Part shown: positions 11,391-22,200 of the stretch, one piece after another
How positions within the stretch are numbered: position 1 is the first letter of the stretch
Layout of the letters: the number at the start of each line of letters is the position of its first letter
Assembly: GCF_964188315.1 (NCBI RefSeq)
Contig: NC_135655.1
Location: forward strand, 45,322,001-45,386,000
Direction: 5' to 3'
DNA length: 64,000 nucleotides
DNA from: Podarcis muralis
Lineage: Eukaryota
Position numbers and translations under genes: made by a program
Notes under the pieces: model-generated
Databases searched by the model: none
Told to the model about the DNA's origin: nothing
What the model saw: only the letters and a program-made list of their open reading frames with translations

Positions 11391-12969
11391 GTAAGAGGCG
11401 ATTACATACTTGTTCCATCCCATGGGTCCAAGTACAGACTGGGACAAAGAATTGACTGATGCACCGAAGGATCCAGCTGTAGGGATTACAAAGAAAGAGG
11501 CACAGAATACCAGAGTGATCACTTCTAGGGCTTTAGGATAAGAGACATGTCAAGAGACTTACAGCAATGCAGGATTCCTTGCCGTGGCTCTCCACTCTGT
11601 CTTAGGGTAACTAGGAAGGAAAGCAGCATGGGGGGGGGAGGCAGACAGACAGATGGAGGGAAGAGGAGGGGATGTGGAGCAGAGCAGGTGGACCCTGGTG
11701 GCCACAGAGGAAGTCACCAACGGTGTGTGAAAGGCAATGAAAAGCAAACTTTTTGAGTTTCTGGTCTATGGTCTCTCCTGACTTTGGAGGTACACCTCTG
11801 CCTATTCAGTGTATTCTGAGATGGATCACTGCCCCTGCTCTCTACACAGGGATGAAGTGATGGACATGAGGCAGAAGTTGAAAATGCAGGTGAGCTGTGC
11901 ACAGGTGAGCTGCAAGCAAGCTGCCAGCCAGCTCTGTAGAGCCTCCTTTTATTGACACAAAAATGCAAACCAGGCAGATACATTTTGGGCTGTGACCTTT
12001 ACACATCTTCCAATCCCGAGATCGTGGGGTGGTACAAAGTTATTTTGGCACCTGTTTCCAGCGTGTCATTTTCCCCTTGCACAGTGTATAATGAAGGAGA
12101 CAAAAGGTCTCAGAGACAAAGGTTACAGACAGGGCACTGCAGACTACTGAGACCGCAAAAGGCTAGACAGAGGTACGATGTTCAGACAGCTGTGGCTTGT
12201 CTGTGAGGGGGAGTGTGCCCCGCACCCCAAGGTCACACGTGCAGGCAGACTGGCTGCCTGCGAGTGGGGAGTGTGCTCCCTCCGAACCCCACTCCCCACC
12301 CCGTAATCATCCCTACACAGGGAGGGCCATGTTAATCTTTATACTGCGTTCTTCTACCTTTCAATGGGAAGCTCCCCTCAGTTATGGCAGAGGTGGGCCT
12401 TGGGGTCTCAAATTTCAACGCACCCTGCGTGATGGCAAAATTCGGCATTCCCCACCCTTCACCTTCCACAGCCTCCTGTGGTGCCCCTGAGGCCCCTTGC
12501 CGAGTTCAACCAAACTGGTCACACTCCCCTAAATCCGCCTCTGGTTGTGATCCTGTCTCCTCTGCAGGAACAGGACTTTTGGGGAGCTCTAGTTCCTTCT
12601 GCTTTACTTTCTCTAGACTAAATAGGATTGAAAGAGAGCCTGGCTGTTTTTTTAAAAAAAACCTTAATTGATTTCACAAAGCGAATGGATTTTCCTACTA
12701 ATAAAAATCCTGAATTGATTGGTCTGGTTTGACTTACCTGAATTAATTTATTGTTGGGCCATCAGCCACACCACTGCCATCTTTCTCAATTATTTTATAA
12801 GCTAGTGCTGCAAATCTCCACATGTGAGGTGGTAGTATTTTCAAGGTTGAAATAGTCTCGGTGTTCAACCCTGTTCCAGTTTTTCTTTCTGTGTCCATTC
12901 ATGTCATTGCTGGCAAGGGTTAGTATGGATTGCTACTAAGCAATTTCCACTGAAACGCTGCTGGTTCAG

Positions 12970-13173
12970 TTCATAGGGTGCAGAAGGGAGCCATCCATTG
13001 GGCAGCGCTTCCCTCTGTCATTGAACACTTCACCAAAGGGAGCGAAACCGAATCCCTTGAACCAACTAAGAGAGAGAGAAGATATTTGTACGGAAAGACT
13101 GATCTGGATGTGTCTGAGGAAATCTGTATCCGTAAGACTATGCTGGAACAGTGGAAGGCTGCTTGGAAATATG
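12970..13173 (+). CDS. HEATR4: HEATR4 coding exon 4 (204 bp)
   Basis: The phase-compatible acceptor is GGTTCAG|TT; donor G|GTGAGC. Encodes HRVQKGAIHWAALP...IRKTMLEQWKAAWKY (cf. human PVQGALRWTALP...LRRMLKEWKTAW). Confidence 0.75.
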
Positions 13174-13759
13174 GTGAGCATTGTATCGCCCATAGGCCAT
13201 TAAAATGATGACTCTTTTCCTATTGATTATCATTGCTATGGCCAATAGTGGTTAGATGACATAACTAACTTGTTTCGTTAGATCAGCTGATAAAAGCTTG
13301 CAAACTCACATATTTGCAATGGATATTCACACCTATGGGTTTTATTGTGAAATTTCTTCCCTCTTTTTTGCAAATATTTTTTATTAATTTTCAATTAATA
13401 ATATTCTAATTGGTAACAAATCAGATCAAATCTTGCTACATCATAATACATTAAAGCCAGTTATACATTCCAAATTTAAAAATTTCAAGGGGACTTCCCA
13501 TGTTCTGGATGTCTGGAGAAAATCTCTTTCAGTTATTCCTGCATTCATCTCTCTTGTTTCCCCCCAGTTTAATAAGTCCTATCTTAACCCATTGTTTTAT
13601 CTTCACAGTCCTGGTGCATGACTCTCTATCATGTCCAACAAATCTATATTTCTATTAACATGCAGGAGGCAGTTTATTCTGTGTTGTTTTCCTTCAATTG
13701 ATTTTCAGCATAGTCCTCTCAGTGGCCCCATCTTTCATGTCACTATTTTATCTTTCTAT

Positions 13760-15395
13760 CCTGTGTGAGTGTCTGAGGGCCCTGCTCCTTCCTGCCACTC
13801 ACCATCTGGCCCAGGGCGGGGCCTGAAGGACTCACAGGGACTGCTGCGTTCTGCTGCCCAGGAGGACTCTCCTGTGTGAGTGTCTGAGGGCCCTGCTCCT
13901 TCCTGCCACTCACCATCTGGCCCAGGGCGGGGCCTGAAGGACTCACAGGGACTGCTGCGTTCTGCTGCCCAGGAGGACTCTCCTGTGTGAGTGCCTGAGG
14001 GCCCTGCTCCTTCCTGCCACTCACCATCTGGCCCAGGGCGGGGCCTGAGGCCTCATAAGGACTGCTGCGTTCTGCTGCCCAGGAGGACTCTCCTGTGTGA
14101 GTGTCTGAGGGCCCTGCTCCTTCCTGCCACTCACCATCTGGCCCAGGGCGGGGCCTGAAGGACTCACAGGGACTGCTGCGTTCTGCTGCCCAGGAGGACT
14201 CTCCTGTGTGAGTGTCTGAGGGCCCTGCTCCTTCCTGCCACTCACCATCTGGCCCAGGGCGGGGCCTGAAGGACTCACAGGGACTGCTGCGTTCTGCTGC
14301 CCAGGAGGACTCTCCTGTGTGAGTGTCTGAGGGCCCTGCTCCTTCCTGCCACTCACCATCTGGCCCGGGGCGGGGCCTGAAGGACTCACAGGGACTGCTG
14401 CGTTCTGCTGCCCAGGAGGACTCTCCTGTGTGAGTGTCTGAGGGCCCTGCTCCTTCCTGCCACTCACCATCTGGCCCAGGGCAGGGCCTGAAGGACTCAC
14501 AGGGACTGCTGCGTTCTGCTGCCCAGGAGGACTCTCCTGTGTGAGTGTCTGAGGGCCCTGCTCCTTCCTGCCACTCACCATCTGGCCCAGGGCGGGGCCT
14601 GAAGGACTCACAGGGACTGCTGCGTTCTGCTGCCCAGGAGGACTCTCCTGTGTGAGTGTCTGAGGGCCCTGCTCCTTCCTGCAACTCACCATCTGGCCCA
14701 GGGCGGGGCCTGAAGGACTCACAGGGACTGCTGCGTTCTGCTGCCCAGGAGGACTCTCCTGTGTGAGTGTCTGAGGGCCCTGCTCCTTCCTGCCACTCAC
14801 CATCTGGCCCAGGGCGGGGCCTGAAGGACTCACAGGGACTGCTGCGTTCTGCTGCCCAGGAGGACTCTCCTGTGTGAGTGTCTGAGGGCCCTGCTCCTTC
14901 CTGCGACTCACCATCTGGCCCGGGGCGGGGCCTGAAGGACTCACAGGGACTGCTGCGTTCTGCTGCCCAGGAGGACTCTCCTGTGTGAGTGTCTGAGGGC
15001 CCTGCTCCTTCCTGCCACTCACCATCTGGCCCAGGGCGGGGCCTGAAGGACTCACAGGGACTGCTGCGTTCTGCTGCCCAGGAGGACTCTCCTGTGTGAG
15101 TGTCTGAGGGCCCTGCTCCTTCCTGCCACTCACCATCTGGCCCAGGGCGGGGCCTGAAGGACTCACAGGGACTGCTGCGTTCTGCTGCCCAGGAGGACTC
15201 TCCTGTGTGAGTGTCTGAGGGCCCTGCTCCTTCCTGCCACTCACCATCTGGCCCAGGGCGGGGCCTGAAGGACTCACAGGGACTGCTGCGTTCTGCTGCC
15301 CAGGAGGACTCTCCTGTGTGAGTGTCTGAGGGCCCTGCTCCTTCCTGCCACTCACCATCTGGCCCAGGGCAGGGCCTGACAGGACTCACAGGGAC
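13760..15395. repeat. GC-rich minisatellite, 111-bp unit, about 14.7 near-identical copies
   Basis: Unit CCTGTGTGAGTGTCTGAGGGCCCTGCTCCTTCCTGCCACTCACCATCTGGCCCAGGGCGGGGCCTGAAGGACTCACAGGGACTGCTGCGTTCTGCTGCCCAGGAGGACTCT. One 110-bp variant unit lies near 14045; 37-aa periodicity in the minus-strand ORFs. Confidence 0.97.
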
Positions 15396-15439
15396 GGTTG
15401 CTGTCACTGCTGCTGCGGCCCAGGGGGATCCGGTGGGGC

Positions 15440-18400
15440 GCAGAGTTCCTTTTAAAATGTTTTAAAATTTTCCTTTTCCTTTTCCTTTTATTTTTTTGTA
15501 TATGTGGGGACGGGGATGGGGGTGGGATGGATGTTTAGTTGGGAATTTTAATGGATTTGTAATTTTTATAGTTTTTCATTTGTATTGCTTTTTGTTTTCT
15601 GAATTTCGTTTGTTTGTTTGTTTTTGTTTTTATTGTTTTAAGGTCTTATTTTGTTCTTAAGGGGAAGGGTCAGGGCTGCCGAGGAGTGGGTCCCAGCCAA
15701 CAAAATGGCTGGGGTATGTTCCACAGAGGGGGATGCGCAGGGACAACCGATCTCAGTGATCACGGGTAGGAGGAGGAGTTACGCTAAGACCAGACCATGT
15801 CATTACAGAGGAGGCAGGTTTAGTCGTTGTCTGAGGACTATCCCTGCCTCCGGGTCTGGTCCTGTCCGGACGGATACTAGAATCAGCAAGGGATACCCAC
15901 ATAGCCTGAAGGTGCTACTGTGCAATGCCAGGTCAATGATTCATAAGACCACTGCCATCCATGACTTGATCATGGATGGAGGATTTGACCTGGCTTGTGT
16001 AACAGAGACTTGGTTGGATGAAGCAGATGGGCCTGTTCTTGCCGCTGCTTGTCCACCGGGTTTCTCTTACGCACAGCAACCCAGGCCTTGTGGACGGGGA
16101 GGGGGGGTTGCAGTGATTTTTAGGAAGTCATTAGTTTGCACCAGGCGTCCTGTTAGGAAGACCCAGTTCTCTGAGTGCATGTTCTGGAAGTTGGGCAATA
16201 GGGGCAGTACAGGATTCCTTTTGGTGTACCGACCTCCCCGCTGCACCAAGGATTCCCTGCCCGAGCTGCTTCAGGTCGTGGCGGATGTTCTCCTGGAGAC
16301 ACCTAGTTTGGTTGTCCTAGGGGATTTTAATATCCATGCCGACACGACCTTACAAGGGGCCGCTCGGGACTTCGTGGAAAGCATGGCCTCCATGGGGCTG
16401 TCCCTGAATAACTTTGGCCCAACCCATAGCCGCGGACATGCCTTGGACCTGGTGTTTACCTCCATGGATGTTGGTGTTCTGACACTAAATAAAAGCGAAA
16501 CAAAAGAAGTGCCATGGTCAGACCACTTCCTGGTGCAACTTGACTTCTCCGCGACCCTTCCCCTCTGCAGGGAGGTGGGACCGATTCGGATGGTCCGCCC
16601 CCGCCACTTAATGGATCCAAATGGCTTCCAGAGAGTGGTAGGGGATGCTTTATCCCATGTTGATGGCCTTTCAGCTGATTCCCTGGTGGCCCGCTGGAAT
16701 GTGGAGTTAACCAGGGCTATTGACTGTTTGGCTCCGAAGCGCCCTCTCCGATTGCATGGAGCCCGGACAGCCCCGTGGTTTTCCACGGATCTGAGGGCAA
16801 TGAAACAATCGTTGAGACGGCTAGAGCGTCGGTGGCGGATGACCCATTCTGAAGCTGACCGGACACAGGTTAGAGCTCAGTGTCGAGCCTACCAAGTGGC
16901 GGTAGCGACGGCGAAGAAGGCCTTCTTCGCCGCCTCTATTGCATCTGCAGAAAACAGCAGCAGGAGACTTTTTCAGGTGGTCCGCAATTTAGCGGAACCA
17001 CCTGCTACATCGGGGCCCAGTACGGGCCACATGATCTCCTGCAATGATTTTGCAAAGTTTTTTGCAGATAAAGTCGCTCAGATTCGGGAAGAGGTAGACG
17101 CCACCGTGGGAGCAGGGCCAGGGCGGGAGAGTGCTAGAGTCCTGTCTAGTCAAATTGCGTGGGATCAATTCCAATCTGTTACCTCCGAGGATGTGGACAG
17201 GCTGCTTGGACGAGTGAAACCAACCACCTGTCTCCTGGATCGTTGCCCATCCTGGCTTATAAAAGCTAGCCGGGAAGGGCTGGGCGATGGGCTTCGTGGG
17301 GTGGTGAATGCTTCCCTCCGTGAGGGAACCTTCCCAGACCCGTTGAAAGAGGCGGTTATTAAACCGCTTCTTAAAAAACCATCTTTAGATGCGGCCACGA
17401 TGGCCAACTATCGCCCAGTCTCAAATCTTCCATTCTTGGGCAAGGTGATTGAGCGAGTGGTTGCTGAACAACTCCAGGCACGCCTGGAAGAAGCGGACCA
17501 TTTGGATCCCTTCCAATCGGGATTCAGGCCTCATCACGGGACTGAAACTGCCTTGGTCGCACTGGTTGATGATCTCCGGCGGGCTAGGGACAAAGGTGAG
17601 AGCTGTTTCCTAGTTCTGCTGGATCTCTCAGCGGCATTTGATACCATCGACCATAACATCCTTCTGGACCGTCTTGAGGGGCTGGGAGCTGGGGGTACTG
17701 TCATACAGTGGTTCCGCTCCTTCCTCCTGGGCCGTGTTCAGAAAGTGGTGGTGGGGGATGAGTGTTCAGACCCCTGGGCTCTCACTTGTGGGGTGCCTCA
17801 GGGTTCTGTCCTCTCCCCTATGCTTTTCAACATCTACATGCAGCCGCTGGGAGAGATCATCAGGGGGTTTGGGCTGGGTGTTCATCAGTATGCAGATGAT
17901 ACCCAGCTCTACCTTTCTTTCAAATCAGAACCAGTGAAGGCGGTGACGGTCCTGTGTGAGTGTCTGGAGGCGGTTGGAGGATGGATGGCGGCAAACAGAT
18001 TGAGATTGAATCCTGACAAGACAGAAGTACTGTTTCTGGGGGACAGGAGGCGGGCAGGTGTGGAGGATTCCCTGGTCCTGAATGGGGTAACCGTGCCCCT
18101 GAAGGACCAGGTGCGCAGCCTGGGAGTCATTTTGGACTCACAGCTGTCCATGGAGGCACAGGTTAAATCCGTGTCCAGGGCAGCTGTGTACCAGCTCCAT
18201 CTGGTACGTAGGCTGAGACCCTATCTGCCCGCGGACTGCCTCGCCAGAATGGTGCATGCTCTGGTTATCTCCTGCTTGGACTACTGCAATGCGCTCTACG
18301 TGGGGCTACCTTTGAAGGTGACCCGGAAACTACAACTAATCCAGAATGCAGCAGCCAGACTGGTGACTGGGAACGGCCGCCGAGACCATATAACACCGGT

Positions 18401-18822
18401 CTTGAAAGACCTACATTGGCTCCCAGTACGTTTCCGAGCACAATTCAAAGTGTTGGTGCTGACCTTTAAAGCCCGAAACGGCCTCGGTCCAGTATACCTG
18501 AAGGAGCGTCTCCACCTCCATCGTTCTACCCGGACACTGAGGTCCAGCACCGAGGGCCCTCTGGCGGTTCCCTCACTGCGAGAAGCCAAGTTACAGGGAA
18601 CCAGGCAGAGGGCCTTCTCGGTAGTGGCGCCCTCCCTGTGGAACGCCCTCCCACCAGATGTCAAAGAGAACAACAACTACCAGACTTTTAGAAGACATCT
18701 GAAGGCAGCCCTGTTTAGGGAAGCTTTTAATGTTTGATGTATCACAGTATTTTAATATTCTTTTGGAAGCCGCCCAGAGTGGCTGGGGAAACCCAGCCAG
18801 ATGGGCGGGGTATAAATAATAA

Positions 18823-18876
<54 letters not shown>
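15440..18876 (+). mobile_element. Near full-length L2-clade LINE with T-rich leader, intact ORF, 3' UTR and (ATT)n tail
   Basis: ORF as in the next feature. The 3' terminus GGAAGCCGCCCAGAGTGGCTGGGGAAACCCAGCCAGATGGGCGGGGTATAAATAAT(AAATT)(ATT)n is shared with other copies in the window. The 5' boundary is uncertain and no TSD was found. Confidence 0.9.
15705..18737 (+). CDS. L2 LINE ORF2: apurinic endonuclease + reverse transcriptase (1010 aa from the first ATG)
   Basis: APE motifs CNARS, VTETWL, YRPP, LGDFNIH, HALDLVF, SDHF. RT motifs NYRPVSNL, QSGFR, LLDLSAAFDTIDH, GVPQGSVLSP, YADDTQLY, LNPDKTE. L2-type C-terminus LHWLPV...LWNALP. No stops or frameshifts. Confidence 0.95.
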   Translation: MAGVCSTEGDAQGQPISVITGRRRSYAKTRPCHYRGGRFSRCLRTIPASGSGPVRTDTRISKGYPHSLKVLLCNARSMIHKTTAIHDLIMDGGFDLACVTETWLDEADGPVLAAACPPGFSYAQQPRPCGRGGGVAVIFRKSLVCTRRPVRKTQFSECMFWKLGNRGSTGFLLVYRPPRCTKDSLPELLQVVADVLLETPSLVVLGDFNIHADTTLQGAARDFVESMASMGLSLNNFGPTHSRGHALDLVFTSMDVGVLTLNKSETKEVPWSDHFLVQLDFSATLPLCREVGPIRMVRPRHLMDPNGFQRVVGDALSHVDGLSADSLVARWNVELTRAIDCLAPKRPLRLHGARTAPWFSTDLRAMKQSLRRLERRWRMTHSEADRTQVRAQCRAYQVAVATAKKAFFAASIASAENSSRRLFQVVRNLAEPPATSGPSTGHMISCNDFAKFFADKVAQIREEVDATVGAGPGRESARVLSSQIAWDQFQSVTSEDVDRLLGRVKPTTCLLDRCPSWLIKASREGLGDGLRGVVNASLREGTFPDPLKEAVIKPLLKKPSLDAATMANYRPVSNLPFLGKVIERVVAEQLQARLEEADHLDPFQSGFRPHHGTETALVALVDDLRRARDKGESCFLVLLDLSAAFDTIDHNILLDRLEGLGAGGTVIQWFRSFLLGRVQKVVVGDECSDPWALTCGVPQGSVLSPMLFNIYMQPLGEIIRGFGLGVHQYADDTQLYLSFKSEPVKAVTVLCECLEAVGGWMAANRLRLNPDKTEVLFLGDRRRAGVEDSLVLNGVTVPLKDQVRSLGVILDSQLSMEAQVKSVSRAAVYQLHLVRRLRPYLPADCLARMVHALVISCLDYCNALYVGLPLKVTRKLQLIQNAAARLVTGNGRRDHITPVLKDLHWLPVRFRAQFKVLVLTFKARNGLGPVYLKERLHLHRSTRTLRSSTEGPLAVPSLREAKLQGTRQRAFSVVAPSLWNALPPDVKENNNYQTFRRHLKAALFREAFNV

Positions 18877-19259
18877 TCAGGCTCTGGGCTCTCTCCCAAC
18901 TCTCTCAGCACATGCCAACTCTCCTTCTTTTGATCGGATTTATGGCGCAGCAATCTTTGAGTTTTTAATGAGTTGGTATTCCAAATAGGAGTCTCCCATG
19001 GTGTTCCAAATTAGTGTTCCAAGTTAGTATTCCAAATGTGAATCTTCCATCAAAAAGCAATGCCGTGGGGTATATTTCAATAATTGTTTGGTGATTGTTT
19101 AGTTTAGCTCCTCTAAGATCCAGGTTTGCTCCCCCAGGCCCTAGGGAAGCCAGCCAAAATCAAAGATTTACCCTCTCTTTCACATTACACCATATATTAA
19201 AAAGAAAAGTCCATGCAAGTAAAAAGAAAACTCCATGCATTTTTCTTCTCAATGCTCAG

Positions 19260-19406
19260 GTCCACGATGGCATTCAGCAACTATAGAAGGATTAATCAGA
19301 GACTTGGCAGATGTGCACATTCAAAATCGGGTCAATGCTATACTTACCTGTGCAACTGCTGTGCTTGAGCGGCCCCACGAAGTCCACGATGCAAGTGATG
19401 AGTCAG
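19260..19406 (+). CDS. HEATR4: HEATR4 coding exon 5 (147 bp)
   Basis: Acceptor ATGCTCAG|GT, donor G|GTATAA. Encodes PRWHSATIEGLIRDLADVHIQNRVNAILTCATAVLERP (first HEAT-like repeat). Confidence 0.85.
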
Positions 19407-19898
19407 GTATAAGCAGCTTCTATTGGAAACTGTTGTAACTTTTGTTGTGTTTTTTTCTGGTATAGCAAGCTGGTAAGGTGGCACAACTGTTTAGGACTGG
19501 AATACAGACTATCATGGATCCAAGTACCTCTGGTTTATAGACAAAACAGCTAGGGTGTCATCCTACCCAAATTAAGGAGAATGCTTAATTTAACACAGTG
19601 AGACTTACTTTCCAGTAAAGATGTATATGATTGCACTATTAGGATTGTACAGTTGAAACCAAGTAATCACCCTGCTCCAAATATTTGGACCATATTGTCT
19701 GAATGACTAGGTGCCAACGTTGTAGGGTGAAAAGCACTGTCTTTTACTTTGGGTTCTTGGCCAAATCATAGAATTTGTTTTTCCCCATGTTCCTCAGCAG
19801 TTATGCCTTCTTCTGTCAGAATGGGAAGGCATTTTTTGGAATGAATACTTGAGAACCTTTCTGAAATCATCAGAGGACAGGGTCTTGAGAGTGCCATG

Positions 19899-20075
19899 CA
19901 GTGGTACCTCGGGTTAAGAACTTAATTCGTTCTGGAGGTCCATTCTTAACATAAAACTGTTCTTAACCTGAGGTACCACTTTAGCTAATGGGGCCTCCTG
20001 CCACCACCGCGCCGCCGCACGATTTCTGTTCTCATCCTGCAGCAAAGTTCTTAACCCGAGGTACTATTTCTGTTT
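19899..20075. mobile_element. Tc1/mariner-type MITE, truncated
   Basis: Starts CAGTGGTACCTCGGGTT; body is the reverse complement of the copies at 31527 and 54443; right end missing. Confidence 0.75.
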
Positions 20076-20085
20076 GTTTTTGTTT

Positions 20086-20480
20086 TTTTAACAATAATTT
20101 TTTATTGATTTTCATTAAACATACATTCATTATACAAATAAATCTCACATATATCTTTGGCTCTGCCGAGCTTCAGACTTCCCTTCACCCCTTCGGTAAG
20201 TATCATACATTTTCTTACATCGTGTATTCTGTTTGTTTATCTGGTTGACCATATGCTGTTAGAGTTAGTCTAACCCTGCCAGTGTCTTTAAGGGTTTACA
20301 GTTGTCTCTTTTATACACCAAATATTTACTCCAACTTTCATAAAACTTCTGTTCATCCTGGTCTCGTATTTTCCCTGATAATCTGGCCAATTCTGCGTAA
20401 TTCATCATTTTAACCTGCCATTCCATAATAGTAGGTATTACATCTGTTTTCCAATTCTGGGCCAACATATTGCACTGTTT
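20086..20480 (-). mobile_element. L1/Tx1-like LINE 3' fragment
   Basis: Minus-strand LAQNWK...PTIMEWQVKMMNYAELARL...KFYESWSKYLVY resembles a squamate L1 ORF2 C-terminus, followed by an A-rich tail. Confidence 0.65.
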
Positions 20481-20721
20481 TGAATGTCACCATTCCTTTT
20501 TCCTCTTCCCACACTCCACCCACTCCACTTGTGCAAACTTTGGAAGCTAAGGAGTAGTCAAAGAATGAACGAACAATGTGAAAGACAGAAGGTCCAAAGG
20601 GCAAAAGTTCCAGCTATTTCTGGTTAACTGCTATCAGCATGATTTTATGATCCATCTCTACCAGGAAGAGTATCAGACAAAGTATACCAATCTAGCCATT
20701 TAGATTCCTGGATTTTTAGTA

Positions 20722-20835
20722 CAGTGGTACCTCGGGTTACATACGCTTCAGGTTACAGAACTATATTGGCCGAGGTACTATTTCTGGGTTAGCGGAGTCT
20801 GCAACCTGAAGCATCTGTAACCCGAGGTACCACTG
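20722..20835. mobile_element. Short Tc1/mariner-type MITE (114 bp)
   Basis: TIRs CAGTGGTACCTCGGGTTAC...GTAACCCGAGGTACCACTG flanked by TA on both sides. Confidence 0.88.
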
Positions 20836-20978
20836 TACTGTTTTCATAGTGAGCATATTTATAAAATGAGTGCTTAATGACCATGAATAAAAGAAACATC
20901 TTATTTTTAAAAGCTGGCATAGTTTCTGCATAGGAAGGCAAAAATGTTTATATGCGAATGTTCTGCTCTTTCTTTCAG

Positions 20979-21167
20979 TAATAGGGATAGAAACTGGTGG
21001 AAAGAATTTAGAAGTTGAAGATATACCAAAGAAAATACAGCCTTTGCTTAGAAATACATTGTTTGATAAGGATGCTCATGTGAGAATGGCTGCTGCGGTG
21101 GGCTTCTACGCCATGGGGGAGTGGAATCGAGTGGCACGGTCCATCATGACGGATGCTCTGATAAATG
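20979..21167 (+). CDS. HEATR4: HEATR4 coding exon 6 (189 bp)
   Basis: Acceptor TTCTTTCAG|TA, donor G|GTTAGC. Encodes ...EDIPKKIQPLLRNTLFDKDAHVRMAAAVGFYAMGEWNRVARSIMTDALIN. Confidence 0.85.
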
Positions 21168-22200
21168 GTTAGCAAAATAACTTTCCTCTTCCTTCCATAT
21201 AGGAACTGTTTTGTGGATATCAAGCATCTCCAAAGCCATGAAAACATTTTCTCTGACAAAGAATATTCAAAAAGAAGCCAGACTAGGGCCCGAATCCACC
21301 TATAGTTAGACTGTAAATCTACATGCAATTGCCTGGGGACTCAATGGGGCTTACTTCTGAGTAAACACATATAAGATTGCACTGTCAGTCACAGCTAAAG
21401 CTGCAATCCAAAGCCCTGATCTGCCAGGCTAGAAGGGGTTTGGTTGAGGCAGAAGTGTCCCTCTGCACATCCCAGACTGGCTCTGCTGGCCTTTGATGAC
21501 CTCCACCACTGTGGAGTGTCTCAGTACACCTTCTTCTTTGGTGATCACTCGTAGCCGAATAAGATTGTCTTCCATATACACGGTTTTAAAAGTGAGTCCG
21601 TAAGTCACTGTGGAGGCCAATTCTGGACCCACATGTCCTTCCACAGTGGGGACACTAGTTTCTGCGTGGGAGTTGGTCACGGTGTGGATTTGCCAAATGT
21701 GCCTTCCTCTTAGTGCATTTCTACCTTTCATCCTGAGTTCAAGCGTCTTCAAAACCCATGACATCTTTGGTAAAGGCTGTTCTTCAATTAGAGTGCTCAC
21801 AGGCCAGTGTTTCCCAGTTGTTGGTGTTTATACTTCATTTTTTAAAAGATTTGCTTTGAGGGAGTCTTTGAACCTCTTTTGTTGGCCACCAGCATTATGC
21901 TTACCATTTTTAAGTTTGGAATACAGTAGTTGCTTTGGAAGACGATAATCAGGCTCGGTACACCAGCCCCACAGTGGTTCCTGGCAGAATGCCCCTTCTC
22001 CTAAAATGGCCTTTGCAAAGGTGGGAATAGGTGTGGAGCTGGACTAGCAAAGGATCCAGTGCTCAGTGAGCTGGCCTTGCTGCCATATGTGATGGCAGTG
22101 GGCCCAATCCAGTCTTCTTTGCTGTGCCACCCTGGGAACTGTAGCAGTAAAAGGGGCATTCACCCCTCCCCCACTACTTTCCATCCTGGCTGGCATAAGT

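Noticed and set aside
12977-12980. Acceptor TCATAG|G at 12976 for HEATR4 exon 4
   Set aside because: It gives phase 2, incompatible with the phase-1 end of the previous exon; the acceptor at 12969 fits.
13760-15395. CRISPR-like array
   Set aside because: There are no variable spacers, the units are contiguous and near-identical, the context is eukaryotic and no cas genes are present.
13743-15407. 554-aa and 445-aa minus-strand ORFs as genuine protein-coding genes
   Set aside because: They arise from tandem copies of one stop-free 111-bp unit, start at non-ATG or internal codons and show no recognisable domain. Kept only as a hypothesis in the findings.
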